Under the pieces are notes generated by a model. It saw only the letters and a program-made list of their open reading frames with translations, did not search any database and was not told the DNA's origin. A DNA stretch of 24,829 bases from Sulfurimonadaceae bacterium. Lineage in GTDB: Bacteria; Campylobacterota; Campylobacteria; Campylobacterales; Sulfurimonadaceae. The first letter of the stretch is position 1. The number at the start of each line of letters is the position of its first letter. Both the position numbers and the translations under genes were made by a program. The stretch lies in the NCBI GenBank assembly GCA_041571435.1, contig JBFFUI010000033.1:1-24829 (forward strand), read 5' to 3'. Shown here in pieces: positions 8,787 through 19,281 of the stretch.

Positions 8787-9400
8787 TGAGCGCAATTGTT
8801 CTTAATAATAAATTTGAAAAAGACTCTGAGCTAGCGCTTCCAGAGAGCTTTTCGGGTATCAACCCACACAACCTTTACCTATACGTTAAGTCGTACCAGG
8901 CTGGTATCCGTGCAAACACTGCATCTACTAAGACTCGTTCTGAAGTAAGCGGTGGTGGTAAGAAACCATGGGCTCAAAAGGGTCGTGGTGGTGCTCGTGC
9001 CGGTTCTACTCGTTCTCCTGTATGGGTTGGCGGTGGCCAGGTCTTCGGTCCAAAATCGAACCGTAACTATGACCTGAAAGTTAACAAAAAACAGAAACGT
9101 GTTGCATTGGAGTTCGCTCTTAATGAACTTTCTGAAGCTGGAAAGCTTTTCATTGTTGATAGCATTGAAGTTGCTTCTGGTAAAACTAAAGATGCAAATG
9201 CGATCTTTAAAGCACTTGACGTACGTGACGCTCTTTTTGTAAAAGAGATCATCGACGAGAAGACTTTTATGGCATTCCGTAATCTTCAATCTTGCTACCT
9301 TGTAGAAGGTAATGAGTTAAATGCTTTCTTGGCAGCGACTTATCGTTCAGTAGTGATCGAAAAAGCTGTTTGGGAACAAATCGTAGAAGGGGCTAAATAA
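8786..9400 (+). CDS. rplD: 50S ribosomal protein L4
   Basis: [30 protein letters not shown]. Confidence 0.98.
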   Translation: MSAIVLNNKFEKDSELALPESFSGINPHNLYLYVKSYQAGIRANTASTKTRSEVSGGGKKPWAQKGRGGARAGSTRSPVWVGGGQVFGPKSNRNYDLKVNKKQKRVALEFALNELSEAGKLFIVDSIEVASGKTKDANAIFKALDVRDALFVKEIIDEKTFMAFRNLQSCYLVEGNELNAFLAATYRSVVIEKAVWEQIVEGAK

Positions 9401-9681
9401 TGGCAGATATTACTGATATCAAGTCTATCTTGTATACAGAAAAGACCCTTGGTCTTCAGGAGTCAGGTGTTGTCGTAGTACAGACTTCTCCTCGCATGAC
9501 AAAAACTGGTCTAAAAGAGATCTTCCGTGAGTACTTCGGTATCGTGCCGACACGTATCAACTCACTGAACCAAGCGGGAAAAATTAAAAAATTTCGTGGT
9601 GTAACTGGTAAGCAGAACGACTTCAAAAAGTTCTATGTAAAACTACCAGAAGGTGCACAGATCGAAAGTTTGGCGGTATAA
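9400..9681 (+). CDS. rplW: 50S ribosomal protein L23
   Basis: ILYTEK and KKFYVKL; lies between rplD and rplB. Confidence 0.97.
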   Translation: MADITDIKSILYTEKTLGLQESGVVVVQTSPRMTKTGLKEIFREYFGIVPTRINSLNQAGKIKKFRGVTGKQNDFKKFYVKLPEGAQIESLAV

Positions 9682-9682
9682 G

Positions 9683-10528
9683 ATGGCAATTAAAACATAT
9701 AGACCAATAACACCGAGTCGTCGTTTTTATACAAACCTTGACTCTAAAGATATTACAGCTAAGCCAAGTGTACGTTCACTTCTTAAGAAGCTTCCTACAA
9801 CAGCTGGCCGTAATAACAACGGACGTATCACTTCTCGCCACAAACAAGCGGGTGCTAAAAAACTATATCGTATCATCGATTTCAAACGTAACAAGTTTGA
9901 CATCCCTGGTACTGTTTCGACTATCGAGTACGATCCGTACCGTAACTGTCGTATTGCACTTGTAACGTATGCTGACGGTGAAAAACGTTACATCATTCAA
10001 CCAAGCGGTTTGAGTGTTGGTGATACAGTTCAAGCAGCTGAAGCCGGTCTTGATATCAAGCCTGGTAACACAATGAAATTGAAGAACATCCCAGTGGGTA
10101 CATTGATCCACAATATCGAGCTTAAACCAGGTAAAGGCGGCCAGATGGTTCGTTCTGCCGGCGGTTCTGCTCAGATCATGGGTCGTGATGGTAAATACGT
10201 CTCTCTACGTCTTCCATCATCTGAGATGCGTCTTGTTCTTAGCGAATGTCTTGCAACTATCGGTACTGTAGGTAACGAAGAGTTCGCTAACATCGTCTGG
10301 GCAAAAGCAGGTCGTTCACGTCACCGTGGTATCCGTCCTCAGACGCGTGGTTCTGCGATGAACCCTATCGATCACCCGCATGGTGGTGGTGAAGGTAAAA
10401 CAAACTCAGGTCGTCACCCGGTTACTCCATGGGGTAAACCGACTAAGGGTGCTAAGACTCGTCGTAAGAAATCGTCTGATAGACTGATTATTACACGTCG
10501 TAAACCAAATGCTAAAAGGGTAGGTTAA
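9683..10528 (+). CDS. rplB: 50S ribosomal protein L2
   Basis: True start MAIKTY at 9683 (the ORF track start at 9653 overlaps rplW). [28 protein letters not shown]. Confidence 0.99.
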   Translation: MAIKTYRPITPSRRFYTNLDSKDITAKPSVRSLLKKLPTTAGRNNNGRITSRHKQAGAKKLYRIIDFKRNKFDIPGTVSTIEYDPYRNCRIALVTYADGEKRYIIQPSGLSVGDTVQAAEAGLDIKPGNTMKLKNIPVGTLIHNIELKPGKGGQMVRSAGGSAQIMGRDGKYVSLRLPSSEMRLVLSECLATIGTVGNEEFANIVWAKAGRSRHRGIRPQTRGSAMNPIDHPHGGGEGKTNSGRHPVTPWGKPTKGAKTRRKKSSDRLIITRRKPNAKRVG

Positions 10529-10530
10529 TT

Positions 10531-10809
10531 ATGGCTCGTTCAGTAAAAAAAGGTCCATTCGTAGACGACCACTTGATGAAGAAAGTTCTTGCTGCCAAAG
10601 AAGAAGGTAACAAGAAACCGATCAAAACATGGTCACGTCGTTCAATGGTACTTCCAGAGATGATCGGCTTGACACTTAATGTTCACAACGGTCGCCAATT
10701 TGTTCCTGTATACGTTACAGAGAACCACATTGGTTACAAACTAGGTGAATTCGCACCAACACGTACATTCAAGGGCCACAAAGGTTCTGTACAGAAGAAG
10801 GTAGGTTAA
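10531..10809 (+). CDS. rpsS: 30S ribosomal protein S19
   Basis: [28 protein letters not shown]. Confidence 0.99.
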   Translation: MARSVKKGPFVDDHLMKKVLAAKEEGNKKPIKTWSRRSMVLPEMIGLTLNVHNGRQFVPVYVTENHIGYKLGEFAPTRTFKGHKGSVQKKVG

Positions 10810-10811
10810 TC

Positions 10812-11129
10812 ATGGCTAGAGCACTATTGAAATTCATCCGTGTTTCACCGATCAAATCTCGTCTTGTTGCACGCGAAATCCAGGGTATGAATGCTGAAGA
10901 AGCTCTTGCAGCTCTTGAGTTCACACCAAACAAAGCGGCGAAGATCATCTATAAGGTACTTGCATCTGCAGTAGCGAATAGCGGTCTTGAAGCTGAAGAC
11001 TGTGTTGTTAAATCTTGTCGTGTTGACAATGGTCCGGTACTTAAACGTTTCCGTCCACGTGCTCGTGGTATGGCGTCAGGTATCCGTAAACCGACAGCAC
11101 ACATCTTAGTAGAAGTAGAAGGGAAATAA
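10812..11129 (+). CDS. rplV: 50S ribosomal protein L22
   Basis: [27 protein letters not shown]. Confidence 0.98.
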   Translation: MARALLKFIRVSPIKSRLVAREIQGMNAEEALAALEFTPNKAAKIIYKVLASAVANSGLEAEDCVVKSCRVDNGPVLKRFRPRARGMASGIRKPTAHILVEVEGK

Positions 11130-11131
11130 TT

Positions 11132-11836
11132 ATGGGTCATAAAGTTAATCCTATCGGTCTTCGCCTTGGCATCAACCGTAACTGGGAATCTCGATGGTAC
11201 CCATCGTTTGACTCTGCTGCGGAAAATCTTGGTGAAGATTACAAAATCCGTACTTTCTTGAAGAAAGAGCTTTACTATGCTGGTGTTGCTAACATCATCA
11301 TCGAGCGTACTGCAAAACGCCTTCGCGTTACTATTGTTGCTGCTCGTCCAGGTATCATCATCGGTAAGAAAGGTGCGGACATCGAGAAGTTGAAGAACAG
11401 TCTTCAGAAACTTATCGGTAAAAACATCGCTGTTAACATCAAAGAAGAGAAGAAAGCAATGATTTCTGCTCAACTGGTAGCAGAGAATGTTGCAACACAA
11501 CTTGAGCGTCGTATCGCGTTCCGTCGTGCTATGAAGAAAGTTATGCAAAATGCACAACGTTCAGGCGCAAAAGGAATCAAAGTTTCTGTTGCAGGTCGTC
11601 TTGGTGGTGCTGAAATGGCACGTACTGAGTGGTACCTAGAGGGACGTGTTCCTCTTCATACACTTCGTGCAAAGATCGATTACGGTTTTGCTGAAGCACA
11701 GACTACATACGGAATCATCGGTATTAAAGTATGGATCTTCAAAGGTGAAGTACTGACTAAAGGTGTTCCTGCTGAAGTCGAAGAAAAAACTGAGAAGCGT
11801 GAGCGTCGTCCTCGTGCTCCAAGAAAGGCTGATTAA
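11132..11836 (+). CDS. rpsC: 30S ribosomal protein S3
   Basis: [35 protein letters not shown]. Confidence 0.99.
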   Translation: MGHKVNPIGLRLGINRNWESRWYPSFDSAAENLGEDYKIRTFLKKELYYAGVANIIIERTAKRLRVTIVAARPGIIIGKKGADIEKLKNSLQKLIGKNIAVNIKEEKKAMISAQLVAENVATQLERRIAFRRAMKKVMQNAQRSGAKGIKVSVAGRLGGAEMARTEWYLEGRVPLHTLRAKIDYGFAEAQTTYGIIGIKVWIFKGEVLTKGVPAEVEEKTEKRERRPRAPRKAD

Positions 11837-11838
11837 TC

Positions 11839-12264
11839 ATGTTAATGCCTAAAAGAACAAAATACCGTAAGGTAATGAAAGGTCGTAACCGTGGTTACGC
11901 TCGTTCTGGTTATAAATTAGCGTTCGGTGACATCGCATTCAAAGCAGTAGAAGCTGGTCGTATCAACTCTCGTCAGATTGAAGCGGCACGTATCTCTGCA
12001 ACGCGTCACATTAAACGTCAAGGAAAGATCTGGATTCGTGTATTCCCTGCGAAACCACTAACTGCCAAGCCTCTTGAAACTCGTATGGGTAAGGGTAAAG
12101 GTCCAGTTGACAAGTGGGTTATGAATATTAAGCCAGGTCGTATTATTTTTGAAATGGGTGGTGTACCTGAAGAGCTAGCGCGTGAAGCATTGACGCTTGC
12201 GATCCACAAGCTTCCATTCAAATGTAAAATTGTTACTGCGGAGATGAACAATGAAATATTCTGA
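11839..12264 (+). CDS. rplP: 50S ribosomal protein L16
   Basis: [24 protein letters not shown]. Confidence 0.99.
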   Translation: MLMPKRTKYRKVMKGRNRGYARSGYKLAFGDIAFKAVEAGRINSRQIEAARISATRHIKRQGKIWIRVFPAKPLTAKPLETRMGKGKGPVDKWVMNIKPGRIIFEMGGVPEELAREALTLAIHKLPFKCKIVTAEMNNEIF

Positions 12265-12436
12265 TTTAGCAGATAAAAACGTATCTGAACTTCAAGCGAT
12301 GATCAAAGAGAAGAAAACTGAGCTTTTCACTCTTAAGATCAAACAAAAAATGATGCAATTGACTAACACTAGCGAACTTCGCGACGTTAAAAAAGATATT
12401 GCTCGTATCAACACTGCTATTGCAGCAGCGAAGTAG
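12251..12436 (+). CDS. rpmC: 50S ribosomal protein L29
   Basis: 61 aa with KKDIARINT; operon position. Confidence 0.97.
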   Translation: MKYSDLADKNVSELQAMIKEKKTELFTLKIKQKMMQLTNTSELRDVKKDIARINTAIAAAK

Positions 12437-12446
12437 GGAGAGCACT

Positions 12447-12686
12447 ATGAGTCAACGTGAAATTCAAGGTGTAGTAGTAAAGATCTCTGGAGATAAGACA
12501 GCTTCTGTATTGGTAGAGCGTCGTGTAATGCACCCGCGTTACCACAAAGTTGTTAAGCGTTTTAAAAAGTATCTTATCCACGATGAGAACAACACGCTTA
12601 AAGAAGGTGACAAAGTTGTTGCTGTTGAGTGTCGTCCACTTTCTAAAACGAAGTCATTCAGACTTAAAACTGTAGTAGGAGCATAA
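12447..12686 (+). CDS. rpsQ: 30S ribosomal protein S17
   Basis: Start MSQREIQG at 12447 after a [27 protein letters not shown]. Confidence 0.98.
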   Translation: MSQREIQGVVVKISGDKTASVLVERRVMHPRYHKVVKRFKKYLIHDENNTLKEGDKVVAVECRPLSKTKSFRLKTVVGA

Positions 12687-12688
12687 TA

Positions 12689-13057
12689 ATGATCCAAAGT
12701 TTTACTCGTTTAAAAGTAGCTGATAACACAGGTGCTAAAGAGATTATGTGTATCAAAGTGCTTGGCGGATCTAAGCGTCGTTATGCATCTGTTGGTGATG
12801 TAATCGTAGCTTCTGTTAAGAAAGCGATTCCAACTGGAAAAGTTAAAAAAGGTCAAGTTGTTAAGGCCGTTGTAGTACGTACTAAAAAAGAGGTACAACG
12901 TGAAAATGGTTCACTGATCCGTTTTGACGACAACGCTGCTGTCATTCTTGACGCTAAAAAAGAGCCTATTGGTACTCGTATTTTCGGGCCTGTAAGTCGT
13001 GAAGTTCGTTACGCTGGTTTCATGAAAATCGTATCTCTAGCGCCGGAGGTTGTTTAA
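12689..13057 (+). CDS. rplN: 50S ribosomal protein L14
   Basis: [31 protein letters not shown]. Confidence 0.99.
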   Translation: MIQSFTRLKVADNTGAKEIMCIKVLGGSKRRYASVGDVIVASVKKAIPTGKVKKGQVVKAVVVRTKKEVQRENGSLIRFDDNAAVILDAKKEPIGTRIFGPVSREVRYAGFMKIVSLAPEVV

Positions 13058-13059
13058 TT

Positions 13060-13290
13060 ATGGCAAAGTTTAATTTCAAAAAAGGTGATACTGTCGAGAT
13101 CATCGCTGGTGACGACAAAGGCACTAAAGCGGCGGTACTTGCAGTAATGCCTAAAAAAGGTAAGGTAATTGTTGAGGGATGTAAAATCGCTAAGAAAACA
13201 GTTAAACCTACTGAAGAGAACCCAAAAGGCGGATTCATGAATAAAGAGATGCCAATTGATATCTCTAATGTCCGTAAAGTGGAGGCGTAA
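13060..13290 (+). CDS. rplX: 50S ribosomal protein L24
   Basis: [15 protein letters not shown] (KOW motif), EMPIDISNV. Confidence 0.97.
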   Translation: MAKFNFKKGDTVEIIAGDDKGTKAAVLAVMPKKGKVIVEGCKIAKKTVKPTEENPKGGFMNKEMPIDISNVRKVEA

Positions 13291-13293
13291 TTC

Positions 13294-13845
13294 ATGGCAC
13301 GTTTAAAAGAAAAATATCTAGCTCTTAAGCCACAGCTTCAAGAGCAGCTTGGTATCAAAAACGTTATGGAAATTCCTGCTATCGAGAAGATTACTATCTC
13401 TGTAGGTACTGGTTTTGCGATGAAAGATAACAAGCTTATCCAAAACATCCAGGACACTATCTCTGCGATCGCTGGCCAGCACGCTGCTGTTGTTACTTCT
13501 AACAAATCAGTTGCAGGTTTCAAAGTTCGTGAAGGTATGCCGGTTGGTGTTCGTGTAACACTTCGCGGTGCAAAGATGTACGAATTCCTTGATCGTCTTG
13601 TTTCGATCGCACTTCCACGTGTGAAAGACTTCCGTGGTGTACCTCGCAACGGTTTTGACGGTCGCGGTAACTACAACTTCGGTCTTAACGAGCAGTTGAT
13701 CTTCCCTGAAGTGGATTACGATTCAGTAATGCAGGTTCACGGTATGAACATCACTGTTGTAACGACAACTCAAAGCGACAAAGAGGGCTTGGCTCTTCTA
13801 GAAGCAATGGGTATGCCGTTTACTAAGGAGCGCAACAATGGCTAA
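13294..13845 (+). CDS. rplE: 50S ribosomal protein L5
   Basis: [26 protein letters not shown]. Confidence 0.99.
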   Translation: MARLKEKYLALKPQLQEQLGIKNVMEIPAIEKITISVGTGFAMKDNKLIQNIQDTISAIAGQHAAVVTSNKSVAGFKVREGMPVGVRVTLRGAKMYEFLDRLVSIALPRVKDFRGVPRNGFDGRGNYNFGLNEQLIFPEVDYDSVMQVHGMNITVVTTTQSDKEGLALLEAMGMPFTKERNNG

Positions 13846-14023
13846 AAAATCAATGATCGCGAAAGCGAAACGCACACCTAAGTATGCGGTTCGCGCTTAC
13901 ACACGTTGTCAGATCTGTGGTCGTCCACACTCTGTACTACGCGACTTCGGTATCTGTCGTGTTTGCTTTAGAAAAATGGCAAACGAAGGTCTAATCCCAG
14001 GTGTTAGAAAGTCTTCTTGGTAA
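13838..14023 (+). CDS. rpsZ: 30S ribosomal protein S14 type Z (zinc-binding)
   Basis: 61 aa with CQIC...CRVC and PGVRKSSW. Confidence 0.98.
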   Translation: MAKKSMIAKAKRTPKYAVRAYTRCQICGRPHSVLRDFGICRVCFRKMANEGLIPGVRKSSW

Positions 14024-14093
14024 GCTCCGGCTTCCGTGAAGAAACTCCTAACAATAGCAAGTACATTACGTACTTAGCAATAAAGGAAAAACA

Positions 14094-14489
14094 ATGGTAA
14101 ATGATTTAATTTCGGATTCTTTAACACGTATCCGTAATGCTGCAATGCGTCGTTTGGACGTAACAACACTTATGCACTCTAAAAGTGTAGAAGCTGTTGT
14201 AAGTATCTTGGCTGACAAAGGTTACATCGAATCTTTCAATGTAATCGAAAACGGTCCTAAAAAAAGCATCAACGTAGTGTTGAAATATGATGAGAACGGC
14301 AAGACTGTGATCAATGAGATGAAACGTGTTTCTAAGCCAGGGCGTCGTGTATACAAGCCTGCTGCTGAGATCAAACGTTTCAAAAACGGTTACGGAACGA
14401 TTATCGTTTCTACATCTAAAGGCGTACTTCCTAACGATAAAGCTTTCGAGCTTGGTATCGGCGGTGAAGTTATGGCCACAATTTGGTAG
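14094..14489 (+). CDS. rpsH: 30S ribosomal protein S8
   Basis: [30 protein letters not shown]. Confidence 0.99.
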   Translation: MVNDLISDSLTRIRNAAMRRLDVTTLMHSKSVEAVVSILADKGYIESFNVIENGPKKSINVVLKYDENGKTVINEMKRVSKPGRRVYKPAAEIKRFKNGYGTIIVSTSKGVLPNDKAFELGIGGEVMATIW

Positions 14490-14501
14490 GGGGTAGATAA
14501 T

Positions 14502-15038
14502 ATGTCACGTATTGGAAAAAATCCTATTGAAGTACCTGCTGAAATCAAAGTAAGCGTTGATGGTGCGATTATCTCTTTCGTTAAAGGAAAAGATACACGT
14601 ACACTAGACACTAAAGGCAATGTTGCTATCGAACTTGATGGCCAGACATTGACGTTTAAAAACCTGTCTGACTCTAAAGAGCACCGCGCTTTCTGGGGAA
14701 CATACCGTGCACTTTCTGCTAACATCGTTAAAGGTCTTACAGAAGGTTTCACTAAACAACTAGAGATCAACGGTGTTGGTTACCGTGCTGCTGTAAAAGG
14801 TAAAGTACTTAACCTTCAGCTTGGCCACTCTCACGATATCAACTACGATATCAAAGACGGTCTTGAGATGACAGTTGACAAGAACGTGATCACGATCAAA
14901 GGTAGCGACAACCAACAAGTTGGTCAAGCTGCTGCTGAGATCCGTTCATTCCGTCCACCAGAGCCTTACAAAGGTAAAGGTGTTAAATACATGGAAGAGC
15001 ATATCGTGCGTAAAGCCGGTAAAACTGCTAAGAAATAA
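14502..15038 (+). CDS. rplF: 50S ribosomal protein L6
   Basis: [25 protein letters not shown]. Confidence 0.99.
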   Translation: MSRIGKNPIEVPAEIKVSVDGAIISFVKGKDTRTLDTKGNVAIELDGQTLTFKNLSDSKEHRAFWGTYRALSANIVKGLTEGFTKQLEINGVGYRAAVKGKVLNLQLGHSHDINYDIKDGLEMTVDKNVITIKGSDNQQVGQAAAEIRSFRPPEPYKGKGVKYMEEHIVRKAGKTAKK

Positions 15039-15049
15039 GGGGCGTTGAG

Positions 15050-15406
15050 ATGAATGCAAGAAATTTAAAAACAAAAGCTAACAAACGCGTCCAACGTAAA
15101 CGTCGTATTCGTGCGAAGATCTCTGGATCAGCTACACTTCCACGTGTATCTGTTTTCCGTTCTAATCGTTACTTTTCTGCGCAAGCGATCAACGATGAGA
15201 CTGCTACGACATTAGCATCTGTACACTCTAAGGCTGCTGGTCTTAAAGCGAACAAAGAAGACGCTGCGAAGCTTGCTGAGCAATTTGCTGCAAACCTCAA
15301 AGCTGCTAATATCACTGAAATTGTATTTGACCGTAACGGTTACCAATACCATGGTGTAGTTGCTGCTTTCGGTGATGCACTTCGTGCAAACGAAATTAAG
15401 TTCTAG
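15050..15406 (+). CDS. rplR: 50S ribosomal protein L18
   Basis: [20 protein letters not shown]. Confidence 0.98.
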   Translation: MNARNLKTKANKRVQRKRRIRAKISGSATLPRVSVFRSNRYFSAQAINDETATTLASVHSKAAGLKANKEDAAKLAEQFAANLKAANITEIVFDRNGYQYHGVVAAFGDALRANEIKF

Positions 15407-15412
15407 GGGCTG

Positions 15413-15859
15413 ATGATGAACACAATCAACAGAGAAGACTTCGAAGAAGCGATCGTAAACATCGGTCGTGTAACAAAAGTTGTAAAAGGTGGACGTCGTT
15501 TCCGTTTTACTGCACTTATTGTTGTCGGTGACAAGAATGGTACTGTAGGGTACGGTGTAGGTAAAGCGAAAGAGGTTCCAGACGCTATTCGTAAAGCAGT
15601 AGATAACGCCTTCAAAAACTTAACAACTGTTAAGATTAAAGGTACTACTATTGCTCACGATATTGAGCACAAATTCAATGCAAGTCACGTATGGATGGCT
15701 CCAGCTTCAGAAGGTACAGGTGTTATCGCCGGTGGCGCACTGCGTCCAGTACTTGAACTTGCTGGTATCCAGGACATCTTGACGAAATCAATTGGCTCAA
15801 ACAATCCAAACACCGTTGTACGTGCTACAGTTGAAGCACTTGCAAGAATGAAAGGATAA
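15413..15859 (+). CDS. rpsE: 30S ribosomal protein S5
   Basis: [29 protein letters not shown]. Start is at 15413 or 15416. Confidence 0.99.
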   Translation: MMNTINREDFEEAIVNIGRVTKVVKGGRRFRFTALIVVGDKNGTVGYGVGKAKEVPDAIRKAVDNAFKNLTTVKIKGTTIAHDIEHKFNASHVWMAPASEGTGVIAGGALRPVLELAGIQDILTKSIGSNNPNTVVRATVEALARMKG

Positions 15860-15862
15860 GTC

Positions 15863-16261
15863 ATGGCATTAGAAAACTTAACACCTGCAGAAGGTTCAAC
15901 ACACTCTCGTAAGCGTGTTGGCCGTGGTCAAGGTTCAGGCATGGGTAAAACATCTACTCGTGGTCAGAAAGGTCAAAAATCTCGTACAGGTTACAAGCGC
16001 AAGCGTAACTTCGAGGGTGGACAGCAGCCGTTGGCACGTCGTCTTCCTAAGATCGGTTTTACGTCACGTGTTGAAAAACCGTACGTGATCAATGTAGAGC
16101 GAGTAACTGCAGTTGCAGAACTTGCTGAGATCACAATGGCTACAATTCGTGAAGTACACAAAATTAGCAAAGAGACAACAAAGATCAAACTTGTTGGCGC
16201 TTCTGCTAAAGACCTTGCTTCTAAAATTAAAGACGAAAACGTTACTACAACTGGCAAATAA
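15863..16261 (+). CDS. rplO: 50S ribosomal protein L15
   Basis: [27 protein letters not shown]. Confidence 0.99.
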   Translation: MALENLTPAEGSTHSRKRVGRGQGSGMGKTSTRGQKGQKSRTGYKRKRNFEGGQQPLARRLPKIGFTSRVEKPYVINVERVTAVAELAEITMATIREVHKISKETTKIKLVGASAKDLASKIKDENVTTTGK

Positions 16262-17523
16262 TGAACCAGCAATTAGTAAACAAGATCTTAATAACGATCG
16301 GTTTTCTTTTTATCTACCGTCTACTGGCATACGTGCCGGTACCCGGTGTTGATACAGCGGTAATCGCCTCTTTCTTTGACTCACATCAATCTGATGCGCT
16401 TGGACTTATGAACATGTTCAGTGGAAATGCAGTCGAACGTCTCTCAATTATTTCACTCGGTATTATGCCTTACATCACCGCCTCGATCATCATGGAACTG
16501 CTTGCAGCGACATTCCCTACTTTGGGTCAGATGAAAAAAGAGCGTGATGGTATGGTGAAATATATGCAGATCATCCGCTATGCGACGATCGCTATTACAA
16601 TTGTACAGGCGATCGGTGTGAGCATTGGTCTACAGAGTTTGCAGGGTCCTGACGGATCGAGCGCGATTTTAACAGACCACACGACATTTATCATCATCTC
16701 GGCATTCTCGATGCTTGCCGGTACGATGTTGTTGATGTGGATTGGTGAACAGATTACGCAAAGCGGTATCGGTAACGGTATCTCTTTGATCATCTTCGCC
16801 GGTATCGTTTCTGCGATCCCGTCTGCTATCGGTCAGTCGGTCTCTATGATCAACGAAGGTGCTATGAGCTTCTTGACGCTATTGGCTATCCTTGCATTGA
16901 TCCTGGTGACTGTCGGTGTTATCATCTATGTCGAACTGGGTGAGCGTCGTGTACCGGTTACATATGCGAAGAAAACAATGATGCAAAACCAGAATAAGCG
17001 TGTAATGAACTACATTCCTATTAAGGTAAACCTGTCGGGTGTAATCCCGGTCATCTTTGCATCGGCGATCTTGATGTTTCCAATGACGGTACTATCTAGT
17101 AGTACTAACCCAACGGTCCAGGCGATTGCGGACGTGTTGAACCCGAACAGTTATTTCTTTAACTTTCTGACCTTTGCCTTTGTTGTCTTCTTTGCGTTTT
17201 TCTATGCATCGATCGTCTTTAATGCGAAAGATATCTCAGAGAACCTGAAGCGTCAGGGCGGGTTTATTCCTGGAGTTCGTCCGGGAAGTTCGACAGCAGC
17301 CTTTCTTAATGAAACGGCATCACGTTTGACAATTACCGGTGCACTCTACCTTGGTCTGGTGGCAACACTGCCGTTCATGATCATTAAAGGAATGGGTGTT
17401 CCTTTCTTTTTCGGTGGTACTGCGGTTCTGATCGTTGTTCAAGTAGCCCTTGACACAATGCGTAAGATCGAAGCTCAGATCTACATGAGCAAGTACGATA
17501 CTATCAGTGCGGTCGGTCTATAA
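16261..17523 (+). CDS. secY: Preprotein translocase subunit SecY
   Basis: SLGIMPYITASII, GIGNGISLIIFAGI, FIPGVRPG, GGTAVLIVV. Confidence 0.99.
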   Translation: MNQQLVNKILITIGFLFIYRLLAYVPVPGVDTAVIASFFDSHQSDALGLMNMFSGNAVERLSIISLGIMPYITASIIMELLAATFPTLGQMKKERDGMVKYMQIIRYATIAITIVQAIGVSIGLQSLQGPDGSSAILTDHTTFIIISAFSMLAGTMLLMWIGEQITQSGIGNGISLIIFAGIVSAIPSAIGQSVSMINEGAMSFLTLLAILALILVTVGVIIYVELGERRVPVTYAKKTMMQNQNKRVMNYIPIKVNLSGVIPVIFASAILMFPMTVLSSSTNPTVQAIADVLNPNSYFFNFLTFAFVVFFAFFYASIVFNAKDISENLKRQGGFIPGVRPGSSTAAFLNETASRLTITGALYLGLVATLPFMIIKGMGVPFFFGGTAVLIVVQVALDTMRKIEAQIYMSKYDTISAVGL

Positions 17524-17525
17524 AA

Positions 17526-18284
17526 ATGGCCATTGCGATTCGCAAAAACGCTGAAATCGATAAACTTCGCGCTGCTAACAAAATTGTTGGCGGCGCGCTT
17601 AACCTGCTTCGGGAAAACACCAAAGTAGGTGCTTCGCTTAAAGAGCTTGACGCCATGGCGGAAGACTATATCCTTTCGCATAAAGCACTTCCCTCGTTCA
17701 AAGGCCTTTACGGTTTCCCCAATGCAGTCTGTACCTCCCTTAATGAAGTGATCATTCACGGTATACCAAGTGACTACAAACTGCAAGAGGGTGACATCAT
17801 CGGTTATGACATTGGAACGAAACTTGACGGTTATTACGGCGATGCTGCGATAACAGTCGGTGTCGGTGAGATAAGTGAAGCGGATGAGGCACTCATCGCA
17901 TGTGCCAAAGATACACTTTATCATGCTATAGAGAACATTAAAGACGGTATGCGTTTTAAAGAGCTCTCTTACATGATGCAGGAGTTTATCAAAAGCCGTG
18001 GTTTTGTGCCGCTTCGTGACTTTTGTGGTCACGGTATCGGTAAACGACCGCACGAAGATCCTCAAATTCCAAACTATCTTGACGGGGGCAGCCCGAAATC
18101 GGGTCCCAAGATCAAGAACGGTATGGTCTTCTGCCTTGAGCCGATGATCTGCCAAAAAGAGGCGAAGCCCGTGATCCTGGAGAACGGGTGGGATGTCGTT
18201 AGTAAAGATGGCCTACGCGGGTCACATTATGAACATACTGTTGCTGTCATTGGCGGCAAAGCAGAAATACTTTCACAAGGATAA
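17526..18284 (+). CDS. map: Methionine aminopeptidase type I
   Basis: CTSLNEVIIHGIP, GYYGD, CGHGIG-RPHEDP, EPM, HYEHT. Confidence 0.98.
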   Translation: MAIAIRKNAEIDKLRAANKIVGGALNLLRENTKVGASLKELDAMAEDYILSHKALPSFKGLYGFPNAVCTSLNEVIIHGIPSDYKLQEGDIIGYDIGTKLDGYYGDAAITVGVGEISEADEALIACAKDTLYHAIENIKDGMRFKELSYMMQEFIKSRGFVPLRDFCGHGIGKRPHEDPQIPNYLDGGSPKSGPKIKNGMVFCLEPMICQKEAKPVILENGWDVVSKDGLRGSHYEHTVAVIGGKAEILSQG

Positions 18285-18287
18285 TTC

Positions 18288-18506
18288 ATGGCAAAATCAG
18301 ACGTCATTGAAGTTGATGGGAAAATAGTTGAAGCACTGCCGAATGCAACATTCCGCGTAGAGCTTGATAACGGGCATGTGATCCTTTGTCACATCGCCGG
18401 TAAGATGCGTATGCACTACATTAAAATTCTTCCGGGAGACAAGGTTAAGCTAGAGCTTACACCATACTCTTTGGATAAGGGACGCATTACTTATAGATAT
18501 AAGTAA
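18288..18506 (+). CDS. infA: Translation initiation factor IF-1
   Basis: [31 protein letters not shown]. Confidence 0.99.
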   Translation: MAKSDVIEVDGKIVEALPNATFRVELDNGHVILCHIAGKMRMHYIKILPGDKVKLELTPYSLDKGRITYRYK

Positions 18507-18513
18507 TCCTTCC

Positions 18514-18654
18514 AGCTTCGGCGCGATTTGCACCGGAGTTCACCGCTCGACGTCAAAGAGAGCCTAACGGCTTTTACTGATGTTACTTTACTCCTTAAAA
18601 GCAAGTCCCCAGCTTCCTTTCTTAACAGGAGATATCGCCTTCGGTCTGAGTAAA
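18514..18654. other. Multi-hairpin structured segment downstream of infA (unclassified)
   Basis: Three stems: 18514-18540, 18549-18584, and 18587-18593 pairing with 18648-18654. Confidence 0.4.
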
Positions 18655-18747
18655 ACACAATCTACACCAAATCTGAAACTTGTCTAGTTTATTATTTAGC
18701 TTTTCCATTTTTTTATAATTCAACATTCAACATTCAAAACACTGCGT

Positions 18748-18753
18748 TATAAT
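18748..18753 (+). promoter_or_regulatory. -10 box of redoxin gene (leaderless geometry)
   Basis: TATAAT separated from ATG 18760 by 6 nt (CCCCCT). No SD. Confidence 0.6.
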
Positions 18754-18759
18754 CCCCCT

Positions 18760-19281
18760 ATGAAACTATTCGACTATAAAAGCTGGAATGTCAAAAAGAT
18801 CGCAAAAGAGATCGCTCTTCTGGGATTGATGGTGCTGGTGATCAGCAATGTCATGAGCTATCTTCGTAAACCGGATCTTCCGGATACAAAACTGCCGCAG
18901 ATCAATGCGCGGTTGATCAGCGGCGAGATCTTCAGGGCACAGGATCATACGGGCAAACCATTGCTGGTGCACTTCTGGGCGACGTGGTGTCCTGTCTGTA
19001 AAACAGAAGCCGATAATATACAGCGGTTATCAAGCTATTATGATGTCGTGACCATTGTGGTTAAGTCCGGAAGTGATGAGGCGCTGCAAAGCTATATGAA
19101 AGAGCGTAATTTTGACTACCCGGTCATTAACGATGAACATGGGGAGTGGGCAGCGAGATTTGATATTGAAGCCTACCCGACAACGTTTATCTACGACAGT
19201 TCGGGCGAGATCGCCTTTAGTGAGGTGGGGTACACCTCGAGTGTGGGGTTACTGCTGAGAATGTGGTGGGCAGGACTTTAA
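18760..19281 (+). CDS. Membrane-anchored TlpA-like thiol:disulfide oxidoreductase (redoxin)
   Basis: N-terminal TM segment, HFWATWCPVC, and cis-Pro loop AYPTTFI. Confidence 0.9.
   Translation: MKLFDYKSWNVKKIAKEIALLGLMVLVISNVMSYLRKPDLPDTKLPQINARLISGEIFRAQDHTGKPLLVHFWATWCPVCKTEADNIQRLSSYYDVVTIVVKSGSDEALQSYMKERNFDYPVINDEHGEWAARFDIEAYPTTFIYDSSGEIAFSEVGYTSSVGLLLRMWWAGL

Noticed and set aside
15860-17525. Absence of rpmD and adk from the spc cluster
   Set aside because: Normal arrangement for Campylobacterota, so not novel.
8355-18155. Antisense and alternate-frame ORFs within the ribosomal cluster, secY and map
   Set aside because: They fully overlap conserved essential genes and have no independent signals.
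18514-18545. Cobalamin riboswitch or RNase P guess from minus-strand CCGGTGCAAATC
   Set aside because: The flanking conserved motifs (GGGAA, GCCCCCGCAACTGT; GAGGAAAGTCC) are absent.
19278-19281. Convergent genes sharing TTAA as overlapping stop codons
   Set aside because: Common compact arrangement.
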